64,000 bases of DNA, from assembly GCA_021787335.1 (NCBI GenBank), contig JAJYMC010000062.1, positions 90,181-154,180 on the forward strand. The letters run 5' to 3'. The translations under genes and the position numbers were made by a program. The notes beneath the pieces were generated by a model. The model had not been told where the DNA came from, made no database searches, and worked only from the letters and a program-made list of their open reading frames with translations. This DNA is from Bacillota bacterium (GTDB taxonomy: Bacteria > Bacillota > Sulfobacillia > JAJYWN01 > JAJZPE01). Each line of letters begins with the position of its first letter. The stretch's first letter is position 1. Below, one piece after another: positions 18,998 through 27,428 of the stretch.

Positions 18998-19716
18998 GGC
19001 GCTCCCTTCAGGAATAGGGCCAGGTCGCGCTCAATGGCGTCGCTGTGAAACCGCTCGTGGTACATGAATCGGCGGAAGAGCTTGCGGGCCGTCCAGACCT
19101 GGCCGTCGGCGGTCCTGGCGGCGGCCCGGTCCTCCGGGCTCAGGTGGCCCAGGCGTTCCACGGCTAGCTCTCGGTTGAGGGCCAGTTTGTCCCAGACGTC
19201 CTTGGCCCGCCTGAGGGTCGGCAGGTCCCGCCAATACCGGCTGAGATACCAGCGGTCGCAGGCGGCGATGTGGGTCAGCTGCTCCTGGATGGTCATCCGG
19301 CGGGGGAGGGACTTGAACCCGTAGGCCCCGGCTGGGAGGCGGTCCTTCAACGTCCAGAGGGTCTTCCGCTGGTGCTCGAGGATGGCCAGGAGTCCGGGCA
19401 CCTCTTTGGGTCGGACCGGTTCGAGGTCGCGTTTGAAAGTGGCCCGGGTGTTCCCACGGGTTGACTTCCCGCGGCGCCTGACCGTCTCGGCGACGACGAT
19501 CTCCGGCGTCTCGCCGTCCTTCCAGGGCTCCGCCAGCAGGTCGAGCCGGCCGCAATCGGCCAGGAACCGCCTTAGCCGAGCAGCCTCGCGGGGCGCCGCG
19601 GCCATGGCTTCATCAGGGGTATCACCGCAAGACAGCAGCCCGGGAGGGTCAAAGGTGTAGAGGATGCAGCCGCCCTCGCTGCCCAATTCCGCGTAGACTT
19701 TGAGCTTCGCCACCAT
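18994..19716 (-). CDS. HicB-like (RNase-H-fold, UPF0150) N-terminal domain fused to DinB/DUF664-like metal-dependent hydrolase domain
   Basis: Start ATG 19716 (MVAKLKVYAELGSEGGCILYTFDPPGLLSCGDTPDEAMAAA) with AAGGAGG 6 nt upstream. The C-terminal part ends in a ...HERFH... histidine motif. Its stop overlaps the lhr start (ATGA). Confidence 0.5.
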   Translation of the reverse strand: MVAKLKVYAELGSEGGCILYTFDPPGLLSCGDTPDEAMAAAPREAARLRRFLADCGRLDLLAEPWKDGETPEIVVAETVRRRGKSTRGNTRATFKRDLEPVRPKEVPGLLAILEHQRKTLWTLKDRLPAGAYGFKSLPRRMTIQEQLTHIAACDRWYLSRYWRDLPTLRRAKDVWDKLALNRELAVERLGHLSPEDRAAARTADGQVWTARKLFRRFMYHERFHSDAIERDLALFLKGAP

Positions 19717-19889
19717 GTTGGCCTCCTTGGCTTTGCGGGCGTCTGCCCGTCTCGGCCCGAACATACATTCTCCACCCCGCGGGCTAATCCTTCTGACCGT
19801 TAGTCGAGTCGAATGGGTTCGTCTCGCATAACCCGCCCGTGCCCCCGGCACGCTATTGGCGGCAAATCGGACGAGTGGGGGGTTCATCG

Positions 19890-20126
19890 ATGCTGGCAGC
19901 GGAAGTCTCATTGTACCCGCAGAAGGCGAAGGATTGCGACCAGGTCATCAGTAAGTCCATCGAGGCCCTTGGAAAGCATGGGCTGGACTTCAAGACGGGG
20001 ACGGTCAGCACCTTCGTCCAGGGGGACACGGAACTCGTCTGGAGCGGGCTGCGGAGCCTCTTTGAGGAGGCCGGCAAGCAGGGCTGCGAGGTCAACATGG
20101 TGGTCCAGTTGCGGCAGATCGGCTGA
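19890..20126 (+). CDS. MTH1187/YkoF-family (thiamine-binding-like) small protein
   Basis: MLAAEVSLYPQKAKDCDQVISKSIEALGKHGLDFKTGTVSTFVQGDTELVWSGLRSLFEEAGKQG; 78 aa; ATG 19890. Confidence 0.65.
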   Translation: MLAAEVSLYPQKAKDCDQVISKSIEALGKHGLDFKTGTVSTFVQGDTELVWSGLRSLFEEAGKQGCEVNMVVQLRQIG

Positions 20127-20191
20127 GTCGCGGGCCGGCGCCCATGCTCCAGTGCCCACGTGCCCGCGCCCGAAAAGCGAGGTCCCGAAAC

Positions 20192-20234
20192 GAAAACAAC
20201 CCCCGGGGATGGCCCCGGGGGCTTGTCCTATTTG
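20192..20234. terminator. Intrinsic terminator hairpin between convergent genes
   Basis: cccccgggg-atgg-ccccggggg (9 bp GC stem) at 20200..20221, then cttgtcctatttg. Confidence 0.55.
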
Positions 20235-20896
20235 CGCGCTGACGGGCGCCTGGCCTTGGCCCGGCCGCCGCCGTTCCCGCTGGCCGCCTTGGCCCGGCCG
20301 CCGCCGTTCCCGTTGGCCGCCTTGGCCCGCCCGTTTCCGTTCCCGTTGGCGCCCTTCCGCCAGCCCTTGAACTCGCGGTCGAGGATGCTCATCAGGTAGT
20401 AGTCGCGATAGCGGTTGTCCTTGTAGGAGTGGTCCCGCATGGTCCCCTCCTGCCGGAAACCGATGCGTTCGTAGCAACGGATGGCCCGGTCGTTCCCGCA
20501 ATCGACCTCCAGCCAGACCTTGTGCAGTCGCAGGTCGCCGAAGCAGAAGCGAAGCAGGGTGCCGATGGCGTCCGTCCCGTAGCCGCGGCCTCGGTACTCG
20601 GGGAGGCCGATACCGACGCCCATCCCCGCGTGCCCGTCCTTGTAGGAGATGCGGTGCAGGCCGATGGTCCCGATGAGGGCCCGGTTGTCGGCCTCGATGG
20701 CGAAGGTGTAGCTGCCCTCACCGTCCGCGGCCACTTGGCTCTCGATCCAGTCCTGCTCGGCCCGGAGGGAGAAGGGGAAGCTGATGTCCCGCAGGAAACG
20801 GCAGAAATCCGGGTCGTTGATCCAGGCCTGGGCGGCCGCCGCGTCCGACGGCTCGAGGGCACGCAGGGTGACTTTCTCGCCCTTGAGGTTGGGCAT
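20228..20896 (-). CDS. GNAT family N-acetyltransferase (RimJ/RimL-like) with repetitive Gly/Asn/Ala-Lys C-terminal tail
   Basis: Start ATG 20896 (MPNLKGEKVTLRALEPSDAAAAQAWINDPDF...) with AAGGAGG 9 nt upstream. C-terminus GANGNGNGRAKAANGNGGGRAKAASGNGGGRAKARRPSARK. Confidence 0.7.
   Translation of the reverse strand: MPNLKGEKVTLRALEPSDAAAAQAWINDPDFCRFLRDISFPFSLRAEQDWIESQVAADGEGSYTFAIEADNRALIGTIGLHRISYKDGHAGMGVGIGLPEYRGRGYGTDAIGTLLRFCFGDLRLHKVWLEVDCGNDRAIRCYERIGFRQEGTMRDHSYKDNRYRDYYLMSILDREFKGWRKGANGNGNGRAKAANGNGGGRAKAASGNGGGRAKARRPSARK
20247..20345. repeat. ~27-bp in-frame tandem repeat (about 3.5 copies) encoding the C-terminal tail of the GNAT protein
   Basis: cttggcccggccgccgccgttcccg(c/t)tggccgc repeated on the plus strand. 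Confidence 0.8.
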
Positions 20897-20962
20897 GGGG
20901 GGACCCTCCTTGCTCCACAGCACGCTCATTTGGGGGCGTAGGGGTCAGGCCCGATAGTTTGC

Positions 20963-21430
20963 TCAGACATGGTGCTTTTCAACCAGCCGGAGCTTGAACC
21001 GGGGATCGTAGCGGGAAGAACAGTGACCGCAGGACCATTGCCCGGCCCGCCGCTTGACGACCCGGCGCCCGCACGACGGGCACTGGTAGACATAGCGCCA
21101 CCGGCTGCGCCGCCGCGGCGTGAAGGGGCGGCAGTAGGTGAAGTCGCGCATCCCGGATTCAGGGACGCCGCAGCGCCGGGCCTGTTCCCGGAAGTCCCGG
21201 CCGTGGCCGGGTACGACGAGGTGGATCATCTCGTGGAGCAGGAGTTGAGGGAGCTTGTCGGGAAACTGCTGCAGGTAAAGTTGGGAGAGGCGGATGACCC
21301 GGCGACGGTAGTAGCACTTCCCGGCTGTGGCCGTCATCCGGCCGGATAGCTCCAGGCGGGCCTCCAGACGGCCATCGAAATGACGCTGGTTGAGCTGGTC
21401 GAAGGTTTGGCGGAGCGAGGCCAGGTCCAC
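20963..21430 (-). CDS. SprT-like zinc metalloprotease-domain protein with C-terminal zinc ribbon
   Basis: HEMIHLVV motif; C-terminal CPSCGRRV...CGHCSS; 155 aa. Confidence 0.7.
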   Translation of the reverse strand: MDLASLRQTFDQLNQRHFDGRLEARLELSGRMTATAGKCYYRRRVIRLSQLYLQQFPDKLPQLLLHEMIHLVVPGHGRDFREQARRCGVPESGMRDFTYCRPFTPRRRSRWRYVYQCPSCGRRVVKRRAGQWSCGHCSSRYDPRFKLRLVEKHHV

Positions 21431-21480
21431 TGGGGGGAGCGCCCCTTCCCATTCGGCCCTTCTTGAGGGCTCTGGACTCC

Positions 21481-21510
21481 ATTATAGGTAAGGGGCCAGG
21501 GCACCGTCAA
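21481..21510 (-). promoter_or_regulatory. Sigma-70 consensus-like promoter for sprT-like gene
   Basis: Minus strand TTGACG-N18-TATAAT; -10 is the complement of 21481..21486, -35 the complement of 21505..21510. Confidence 0.5.
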
Positions 21511-21588
21511 TAACAGGAAAGCCGGGCATCCGCTCCCGCGGGCCCGGCCTCTTGACGATTGAAATAGACTGTAGAGAACTGTCTACTC

Positions 21589-22875
21589 TTAAGAACCGCC
21601 CTCAACTGCGGCGATCGGCACGGTCAGCGCGGCGTCGGGCATGATGATCATGGACGGAGTGGGCGTTCCAAGCATTTCGAGGGCCAGGGCGACCGCCTCC
21701 CGCGGGTCGGCCGCCGGGGTGAAGAGCAGGTCGCGGGCGAGGGCCGGCGGCAGGGCCGAGCCCAGGACGAACCGGGCCCGCCGCATGAGGCGGGCGACCG
21801 CGTAGGCCTTGTGCCCACCCAGCTCGAAATGCTCACGAAGGGCCGCCTCGATCCGGTCCGGCGTCCGGTGGGTGGTCATCCAACGGTGGTAGGTCTCGTT
21901 GCCATGACCCTCGGGGCACTCGGCCAGGAGGACGACCACCCCGCCGGGGCGGGCCGCCAGCACCGCGTTGTCCATGGCCTTCTGGACCTGATAGACGTTG
22001 ATGTCCTTGGGGCGGCCGCCGGCGCTGGCGATGACCAGGTCGGCCTCGGCCTTCAGGGGCACCCCGTAGACCTGCCGGACCAGGCGGCAGGCGGCCTCGT
22101 GGGCGGCGACGAAGTCCCCGGCAAAGACGCCGATGAAGCGCCTGGCATCGTCGAGGACGACATTGAGGAGGAAGTCCGGCGAGCCCATCCGGGCCGCCTC
22201 GACCAGATCCTCGTGGACCGGGTTGCCCGCCAGGCGCCCGATGCCGGCCCCCGGTTCGAGCATCATCCGGTGATTGAACTGGATGGTCCGGAAGCCGGCG
22301 ACGCCCGGGACGAGAGCCTTGCGCCCGCCGCCGAAGCCGGCGAAGAAGTGATAGACGACGCTCCCGGTGAGGATGACCTTGTCGGCCTCGAGGACGCGGC
22401 GGTTAATGTAGACCTCGTTGCCGCGGCTGGTCCGGCCGACGTGGGCCAGCCCGACCTCGTCCCGCGAGTCGTGGTTGTAGAGCCGGATGCGGTCGGCCCC
22501 GCGCCCGGCGATGGCCCGCATCTCGGCCTCCGTGAGGGGCCGGTGCGAGCCGGTGGCGAAGACCCCGAAGATGTCGCTGTCGCGGACGCCCGCCCGGTTC
22601 AGCTCATCGAGCAGGATGGGCAGGAAGAAGTCCGTGTTGGCCAGCCGGGTCGGGTCGTTCAGGATGACGCAGACGACGTCGCCCGGGCTGACCACCTCGG
22701 TCAGCGGGGGCGAGCCGATGGGGGCGCGGAGGGCTTTCTTGATGGCCGCGGTCGGGTCGGCCAGGGGCGGCATCTCGCGCACCCGCAAGGTCGCCAGGAC
22801 ATCGCCGGCCGGCAGCGGCACCTCCACCGTGCCCCGCCCGTACTTCATCGTCACGATGCCATTGTCAGCTCCCAT
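21589..22875 (-). CDS. LarA-family protein (nickel-pincer cofactor dependent lactate racemase / 2-hydroxyacid racemase-epimerase family)
   Basis: ~428 aa. MGADNGIVTMKYGRGTVEVPLP...; the DUF2088/LarA N-terminal architecture is recognisable. AAGGATGG RBS before ATG 22875. Confidence 0.7.
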   Translation of the reverse strand: MGADNGIVTMKYGRGTVEVPLPAGDVLATLRVREMPPLADPTAAIKKALRAPIGSPPLTEVVSPGDVVCVILNDPTRLANTDFFLPILLDELNRAGVRDSDIFGVFATGSHRPLTEAEMRAIAGRGADRIRLYNHDSRDEVGLAHVGRTSRGNEVYINRRVLEADKVILTGSVVYHFFAGFGGGRKALVPGVAGFRTIQFNHRMMLEPGAGIGRLAGNPVHEDLVEAARMGSPDFLLNVVLDDARRFIGVFAGDFVAAHEAACRLVRQVYGVPLKAEADLVIASAGGRPKDINVYQVQKAMDNAVLAARPGGVVVLLAECPEGHGNETYHRWMTTHRTPDRIEAALREHFELGGHKAYAVARLMRRARFVLGSALPPALARDLLFTPAADPREAVALALEMLGTPTPSMIIMPDAALTVPIAAVEGGS

Positions 22876-23108
22876 GGCCACACCATCCTTTGAGGCCGTC
22901 CGCAAGGACCCCGGTGCCGTGACCCCGGAGGCCTGCGAGGGCATCCTCAGCTCGCCCGGCGTCCACCAGCGGCACATCACCCTGTGGTCGACCGTGCTCG
23001 ACCCCGCCGCCGGCGTCACCCACCTGTCGCCGGGGCGGCCGGACCTCAATCCCTATCGCCCTTTCGAGGTCGGCGGGTCGGTGGCTTACGCCGAGGAGAT
23101 CCCGGTGG

Positions 23109-24140
23109 TCATTTAGATCCACGCTTCTCGGACCCGCTTGGCCCGGGGCCGCCCGCGGCCGGCACGCTGTCGAGGTCCCAATCCGGGATGAAGGCCTCGT
23201 CGGCCGCCGACAGCTCCTGCGTCCAGCCCTCCTCGAGGCCGATGGCGAAGAAGTGGTCCAGGGCGGCATGATACTCACGGCGGGTCAGCCGCCGGTTGAT
23301 CTCCGGGAACTCAGCCGCCCGGTGGTACGGTGTGAACTGGCTCATCAGGCTGACCGGGACGCCCGGCAGGTTGGCGGCGATCCAGTCGAGAACCCTCTTG
23401 GTCGCCTCGACGTGGCCGGGGATGACCAGGTGGCGGACGATGACACCGCTTTGGGCGATGCCCTCGTCGTCGAGGACGAGCGGTCCGACCTGGCGGACCA
23501 TCTCCATGATGGCCGCCGTGGCCGTCTCGAAATAGCGCGGGGCCTTCGAGTAGCGGCGGGCCATGGCCTCGCCCTCGGCGTCGCCGGGGTACTTCAGGTC
23601 CGGGAGGTAGATCTGGACCAGGCCCTCCAGGGTCTGCAGGGCCTCGACGGTCTCGTAGGCGTTGGTGTTGTATACGACGGGGACGCTAAGCCCGCGCGCT
23701 CTGGCCTCCAGCAAGGCCGCGCGAATCTGCGGGATGTAAGGGGTCGGCGAGACCAGGTTGATGTTGTGGGCCCCGCGCTCCTGCAGCCCGAGCATCATCG
23801 AGACCAGCCCGGCCCGGTCGACCTCGCGGCCGAGGTGCCCCTGGCTGATCTCGGCATTCTGGCAGAACACGCAGCGCAGGTTGCACTCGGTGAAGAAGAT
23901 GGTTCCCGAGCCTCGCGTGCCCGACAGGCACGGCTCTTCCCACTGGTGCAATGACGCCTGCGACACCTTGGCCAGGGCCGGCGCGAGGCAGAAGCCGACC
24001 TCGCCGGCGTCGCGGTCGACGCGGCACAGGCGGGGGCAGAGGCGACAGTGTTTTTCGCTTGCTGGCTTTCGATCAGATGCGGGCTCTCGCCCAGATGTGG
24101 GCTCTCGCCCAGATTGGCCGGTCAACTTGTTTCCCCCCAT
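23109..24140 (-). CDS. Radical SAM protein, pyruvate-formate-lyase-activase-like (CxxxCxxC near N-terminus; resembles AmmeMemoRadiSam-system type enzymes)
   Basis: HCRLCPRLCRVDRDAGEVGFC then ...ECNLRCVFCQN.... The N-terminal 30 aa is repetitive (GREPTSGREPAS), so the start is uncertain. Confidence 0.6.
   Translation of the reverse strand: MGGNKLTGQSGREPTSGREPASDRKPASEKHCRLCPRLCRVDRDAGEVGFCLAPALAKVSQASLHQWEEPCLSGTRGSGTIFFTECNLRCVFCQNAEISQGHLGREVDRAGLVSMMLGLQERGAHNINLVSPTPYIPQIRAALLEARARGLSVPVVYNTNAYETVEALQTLEGLVQIYLPDLKYPGDAEGEAMARRYSKAPRYFETATAAIMEMVRQVGPLVLDDEGIAQSGVIVRHLVIPGHVEATKRVLDWIAANLPGVPVSLMSQFTPYHRAAEFPEINRRLTRREYHAALDHFFAIGLEEGWTQELSAADEAFIPDWDLDSVPAAGGPGPSGSEKRGSK
24064..24112. 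repeat. 18-bp tandem repeat (2.5 copies) in the 5' end of the radical SAM gene
   Basis: cagatgcgggctctcgcc cagatgtgggctctcgcc cagattggcc. Confidence 0.7.
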
Positions 24141-24209
24141 CGCCTATCAATCTACACTCGGGCGCCCAGGGCGTCAACCACGCCGGGGCGTCGCGCGGGA
24201 GTGAATCCA

Positions 24210-24734
24210 GTGGATGAACGATTCGAGACCTTCGAGGGCCACCAGCCCAGGGCGGACAAGCCCTCATTCGTGGCCGCCACGGCCCGGCTCATCGGCCGCG
24301 TGACCCTGGGCGAGCGGTCCAGCGTCTGGCCCGGCGTCGTGATCCGCGCCGACCACGAGCCCATCACCATCGGCCGCCTGGTCAACATTCAGGACAACGC
24401 GGTCCTCCACGCCGACCCCGACCTGCCGGTGCGCATCGGCGACAATGTGACCATCGGCCACAGCGCGGTCGTCCATGCCTGCACCATCGGAAACAACGTC
24501 CTCATCGGCATCGGGGCGGTCATCCTCAATGGCGCGGTCATCGGTGACGGGGTGGTGGTCGGGGCCGGGGCGCTCGTGCCCGAGGGGAAGGTCATCGAAC
24601 CCCGGACGCTCGTCCTCGGAGTGCCCGCCAAGGTGGTCCGCACCCTCGAAGAAGACTCCCTCGAGGAACGGCGGGCGCAGGCGGAAAGATACTGGCGGCT
24701 GGCCCAGCGTCACCTGGGCGGGCGGGCGGAATGA
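24210..24734 (+). CDS. Gamma-class carbonic anhydrase family protein (left-handed beta-helix, YrdA/PaaY-like)
   Basis: Hexapeptide repeats (IGDNVTIGHSAVVHACTIGNNVLIGIGAVILNGAVIGDGVVVGAGALV). GTG start 24210 with GGGAG RBS. Confidence 0.75.
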   Translation: MDERFETFEGHQPRADKPSFVAATARLIGRVTLGERSSVWPGVVIRADHEPITIGRLVNIQDNAVLHADPDLPVRIGDNVTIGHSAVVHACTIGNNVLIGIGAVILNGAVIGDGVVVGAGALVPEGKVIEPRTLVLGVPAKVVRTLEEDSLEERRAQAERYWRLAQRHLGGRAE

Positions 24735-25645
24735 GCCTCCGCCTGGTCGCCATCGGCGACGTCCTGGCCGATGTCGTCGCCAGGACCGAGGCTGGCCTCG
24801 CCGGCATCAGCCACGGCAGCGACACGCCAGCGGCCATCGTCCTCGCCCCCGGCGGCTCGGCGGCCAACTTCGCCGTGCGGGCCGCCCGCCTCGGCGCGGA
24901 CTGCACCCTCATCGGGGCGGTCGGCGACGACCGGGCCGGGCGCTGGCTCCTCGAAGACCTGCGGGGCGAGGGCGTTGACACGGCCGGCGTGGCCGTCCTG
25001 CCGGTGACCGATCCGGCCGCCGAAGGCACGGGCATGCTCGTCTCCCTGGTCGACCCGTCGGGCGAACGCTCCATGCTCGTCCACAAGGGGGCCAACCGAC
25101 GACTGCGGGCCGAGCACGTGCCGGTCGGATTCTTCAGTGCGCCTGGCATCCTTCACCTGACCGGTTACACCTTCTTCGAGGAGGGGCCACGGGCGGCGGC
25201 CATGTGGGCGTTGGCTCTGGCCCGCGAGGCCGGCTGGCGCGTGTCGCTGGACCCGTCATCCCGCACGCCCCTGATCGCCCATGGTCCGCGGCGGCTCCTC
25301 GAGGACACGGCCCCGCTCGACTACATTCTCCCCAACCGCGATGAGGCGACCACCCTGACCGCGGAGGGGGATCCCGAGAAGGCCTGTCGCGCCTTGCTCC
25401 GCTGGTCCGGGGTGGTCGCGGTGAAGCTCGGGCCCGACGGCTGCCTCTTGGCCGTACGGGCCGCCACCTCGGTGACCCATGTCCCCGCCCCCGAGCAACT
25501 GGCGGCCGCGGATTCGACCGGTGCCGGGGACGCTTTCGACGCGGGCTTCCTGGCGGCCGTCGCCCGCGGTGTCCTGCCCCGTGAAGCCGCCGCGGCCGGT
25601 AACCGTGCCGCCGCCGACGCCGTCCGGGCTCTCGGCGCCAGATAG
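24731..25645 (+). CDS. psuK: PfkB-family carbohydrate kinase, probable pseudouridine kinase
   Basis: Ribokinase-like motifs (APGGSAANFA; C-terminal DSTGAGDAF). Start overlaps the upstream stop. Followed by psuG. Confidence 0.65.
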   Translation: MSLRLVAIGDVLADVVARTEAGLAGISHGSDTPAAIVLAPGGSAANFAVRAARLGADCTLIGAVGDDRAGRWLLEDLRGEGVDTAGVAVLPVTDPAAEGTGMLVSLVDPSGERSMLVHKGANRRLRAEHVPVGFFSAPGILHLTGYTFFEEGPRAAAMWALALAREAGWRVSLDPSSRTPLIAHGPRRLLEDTAPLDYILPNRDEATTLTAEGDPEKACRALLRWSGVVAVKLGPDGCLLAVRAATSVTHVPAPEQLAAADSTGAGDAFDAGFLAAVARGVLPREAAAAGNRAAADAVRALGAR

Positions 25646-25676
25646 ACAGTAGTTTGTGTCCCCGGGAGGGAAACCG

Positions 25677-26624
25677 ATGAACTCGCCAAGTCAGACCCAG
25701 CACGCCCACAGCTCGCCGCTGAAGCTCCACCCCGAGGTGGTCGCCGCCCTCCGCGAGGGCCGCCCGGTGGTGGCCCTCGAGTCGACCATCATCACCCACG
25801 GCATGCCTCATCCCGAGAACCTCGACACGGCCAGGGCCGTGGAGGAGGAGATCCGGCGGGCGGGGGCCGTGCCGGCCACCATCGCCGTGGTCGACGGCGT
25901 CCCGCGGGTCGGACTGGACCTGGGCGAGCTGGCCCTCCTGGCCTCGACCAACCGCGAGACGGTGGTCAAGGTCAGTCGCCGCGACCTGCCCATCGCCGTC
26001 GCCCGCGGGCTCTCCGGCGGCACCACGGTCTCGGCGACGATGGTCATCGCCGCGGCGGCGGGCATCCGCGTCTTCGTCACCGGCGGCATCGGCGGGGTCC
26101 ACCGCGGGGCGACGGAGACCTTCGACATCTCGGCCGACCTGGCCGAACTGGGCCGGACCAACGTGGCCGTCATCTGCGCCGGGGCCAAGGCCATCCTCGA
26201 CCTTCCCCTGACCCTCGAGTACCTCGAGACCCTCGGCGTGCCGGTCATCGGCTACCAGACCAGCGAGTTCCCGGCCTTCTACACGCGGTCGAGCGGTCTC
26301 CTCGTCGACTACCGGGCGGAGACGCCCAACGAGATCGCCGACATCATGCGGGCTAAGTGGGACCTGGGCCTGGACGGCGGCATCGTCGTGGCCAACCCCG
26401 TGCCGGCCTCGGCCGAGCTGGACCCGAAGACCGTCGAAGAGGCTGTCCAGCAAGCCCTGAACCACGCCGCCGTGGAGGGCGTCCGTGGCGCCGACCTGAC
26501 GCCGTTCCTACTGTCCCGCCTCGGCGCCATCACCGGCGGGGCCAGCCTCCAGACGAACATCGCCCTGGTCCGCAACAACGCCCGATTGGGCGCCGCCGTG
26601 GCCAGGGCGTGGTGTGCGCGATAG
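25677..26624 (+). CDS. psuG: Pseudouridine-5'-phosphate glycosidase
   Basis: VALESTIITHGMPHPENL... and the GGIGGVHRGA motif are characteristic. GGGAGGG RBS before ATG 25677. Confidence 0.8.
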   Translation: MNSPSQTQHAHSSPLKLHPEVVAALREGRPVVALESTIITHGMPHPENLDTARAVEEEIRRAGAVPATIAVVDGVPRVGLDLGELALLASTNRETVVKVSRRDLPIAVARGLSGGTTVSATMVIAAAAGIRVFVTGGIGGVHRGATETFDISADLAELGRTNVAVICAGAKAILDLPLTLEYLETLGVPVIGYQTSEFPAFYTRSSGLLVDYRAETPNEIADIMRAKWDLGLDGGIVVANPVPASAELDPKTVEEAVQQALNHAAVEGVRGADLTPFLLSRLGAITGGASLQTNIALVRNNARLGAAVARAWCAR

Positions 26625-26654
26625 CGTTTCGGCATCCGACTCACGCCGACCCGC

Positions 26655-27178
26655 TCAGGGAATGCGGTTCGGAACGGCGGCCGGCTCGACCGCTCGCCAG
26701 TTGCGCACGGCCATGTCGTAGAACTGCTTCGCCGCCGACGCATCGGGAAAGGCCCTCTTCGGGATGACGAGGCTGGAGTTCTTTTCGGTATAGATGAAGA
26801 TGTACCGCGGGTCCTCGGCGACCGCGAAGACCGCCCGCCAGAGGTGGTGACCCTCGGATACGTTGTTCTGAACGGTGATGCCAGTGTCGTCGATTTCGAG
26901 CGTCGTCTCACCGAGAAACTTGCCGGCGGGGAACTTCATCATCTTCCGCTTGAGGTTCCACAGAGTGAATTCCGCGAGCGCGAAGAGGAGCAGAGCGGTG
27001 CCCAGGGTCGCCGCGACCGGGTCGAGACCGAGCCTGATCCCGTTGAAAAGGAGCCAGCCGAAAAGGAGCAAGCCGAACCACCTTTGGGTCAACCTGGAGC
27101 GCCGGGAATGAAAGAGGTGGAACCGGTTCAGCCCCCAATAGTCCTCTCGGGTCAGGTCGTAGACGATCCTCAAAGCTC
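26655..27178 (-). CDS. YcxB-like small membrane-associated protein
   Basis: TTG start 27178 (MRIVYDLTREDYWGLNRFHLFHSRRSRLTQRWFGLLLFGWLLFNGIRL...) with GGGAGG 8 nt upstream. Lies between two copies of the psuG 3'-end sequence. Confidence 0.4.
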
Positions 27179-27428
27179 GAGACCTCCCTTTCCGCCATCT
27201 CCGGTAGTTCTTGCTAGGAGGGGAAAACCCTTCCGACGCCGTTCCGCCGACCCAAAGGGCACAGAGAGGCCCGACCGCCATATGGTGGCCGGGCCTGCTC
27301 TTGCGCGAACATGGTATCGCCGCATCTAAGGTGGCGCACCGGCGAGGCCATGTAGACAGACATCGACCGGGTCCGCATAATGCCAAGTTGAACGCTGCCC
27401 TGGCCAGGGCGTGGTGCGAGTTCTGGAG

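Noticed and set aside
16532-19048. 838 aa ORF on plus strand (and several 100-190 aa ORFs) antisense to the lhr gene
   Set aside because: Arg/Gly/Pro/Ala-rich low-complexity translation typical of antisense frames in 70% GC DNA; it fully overlaps a well-supported helicase gene on the opposite strand.
21589-23049. Longer N-terminal extension of the larA-family ORF (start at 23049)
   Set aside because: The extension is Arg/Trp-rich junk without an RBS; ATG 22875 has an AAGGATGG RBS and gives the canonical LarA N-terminus.
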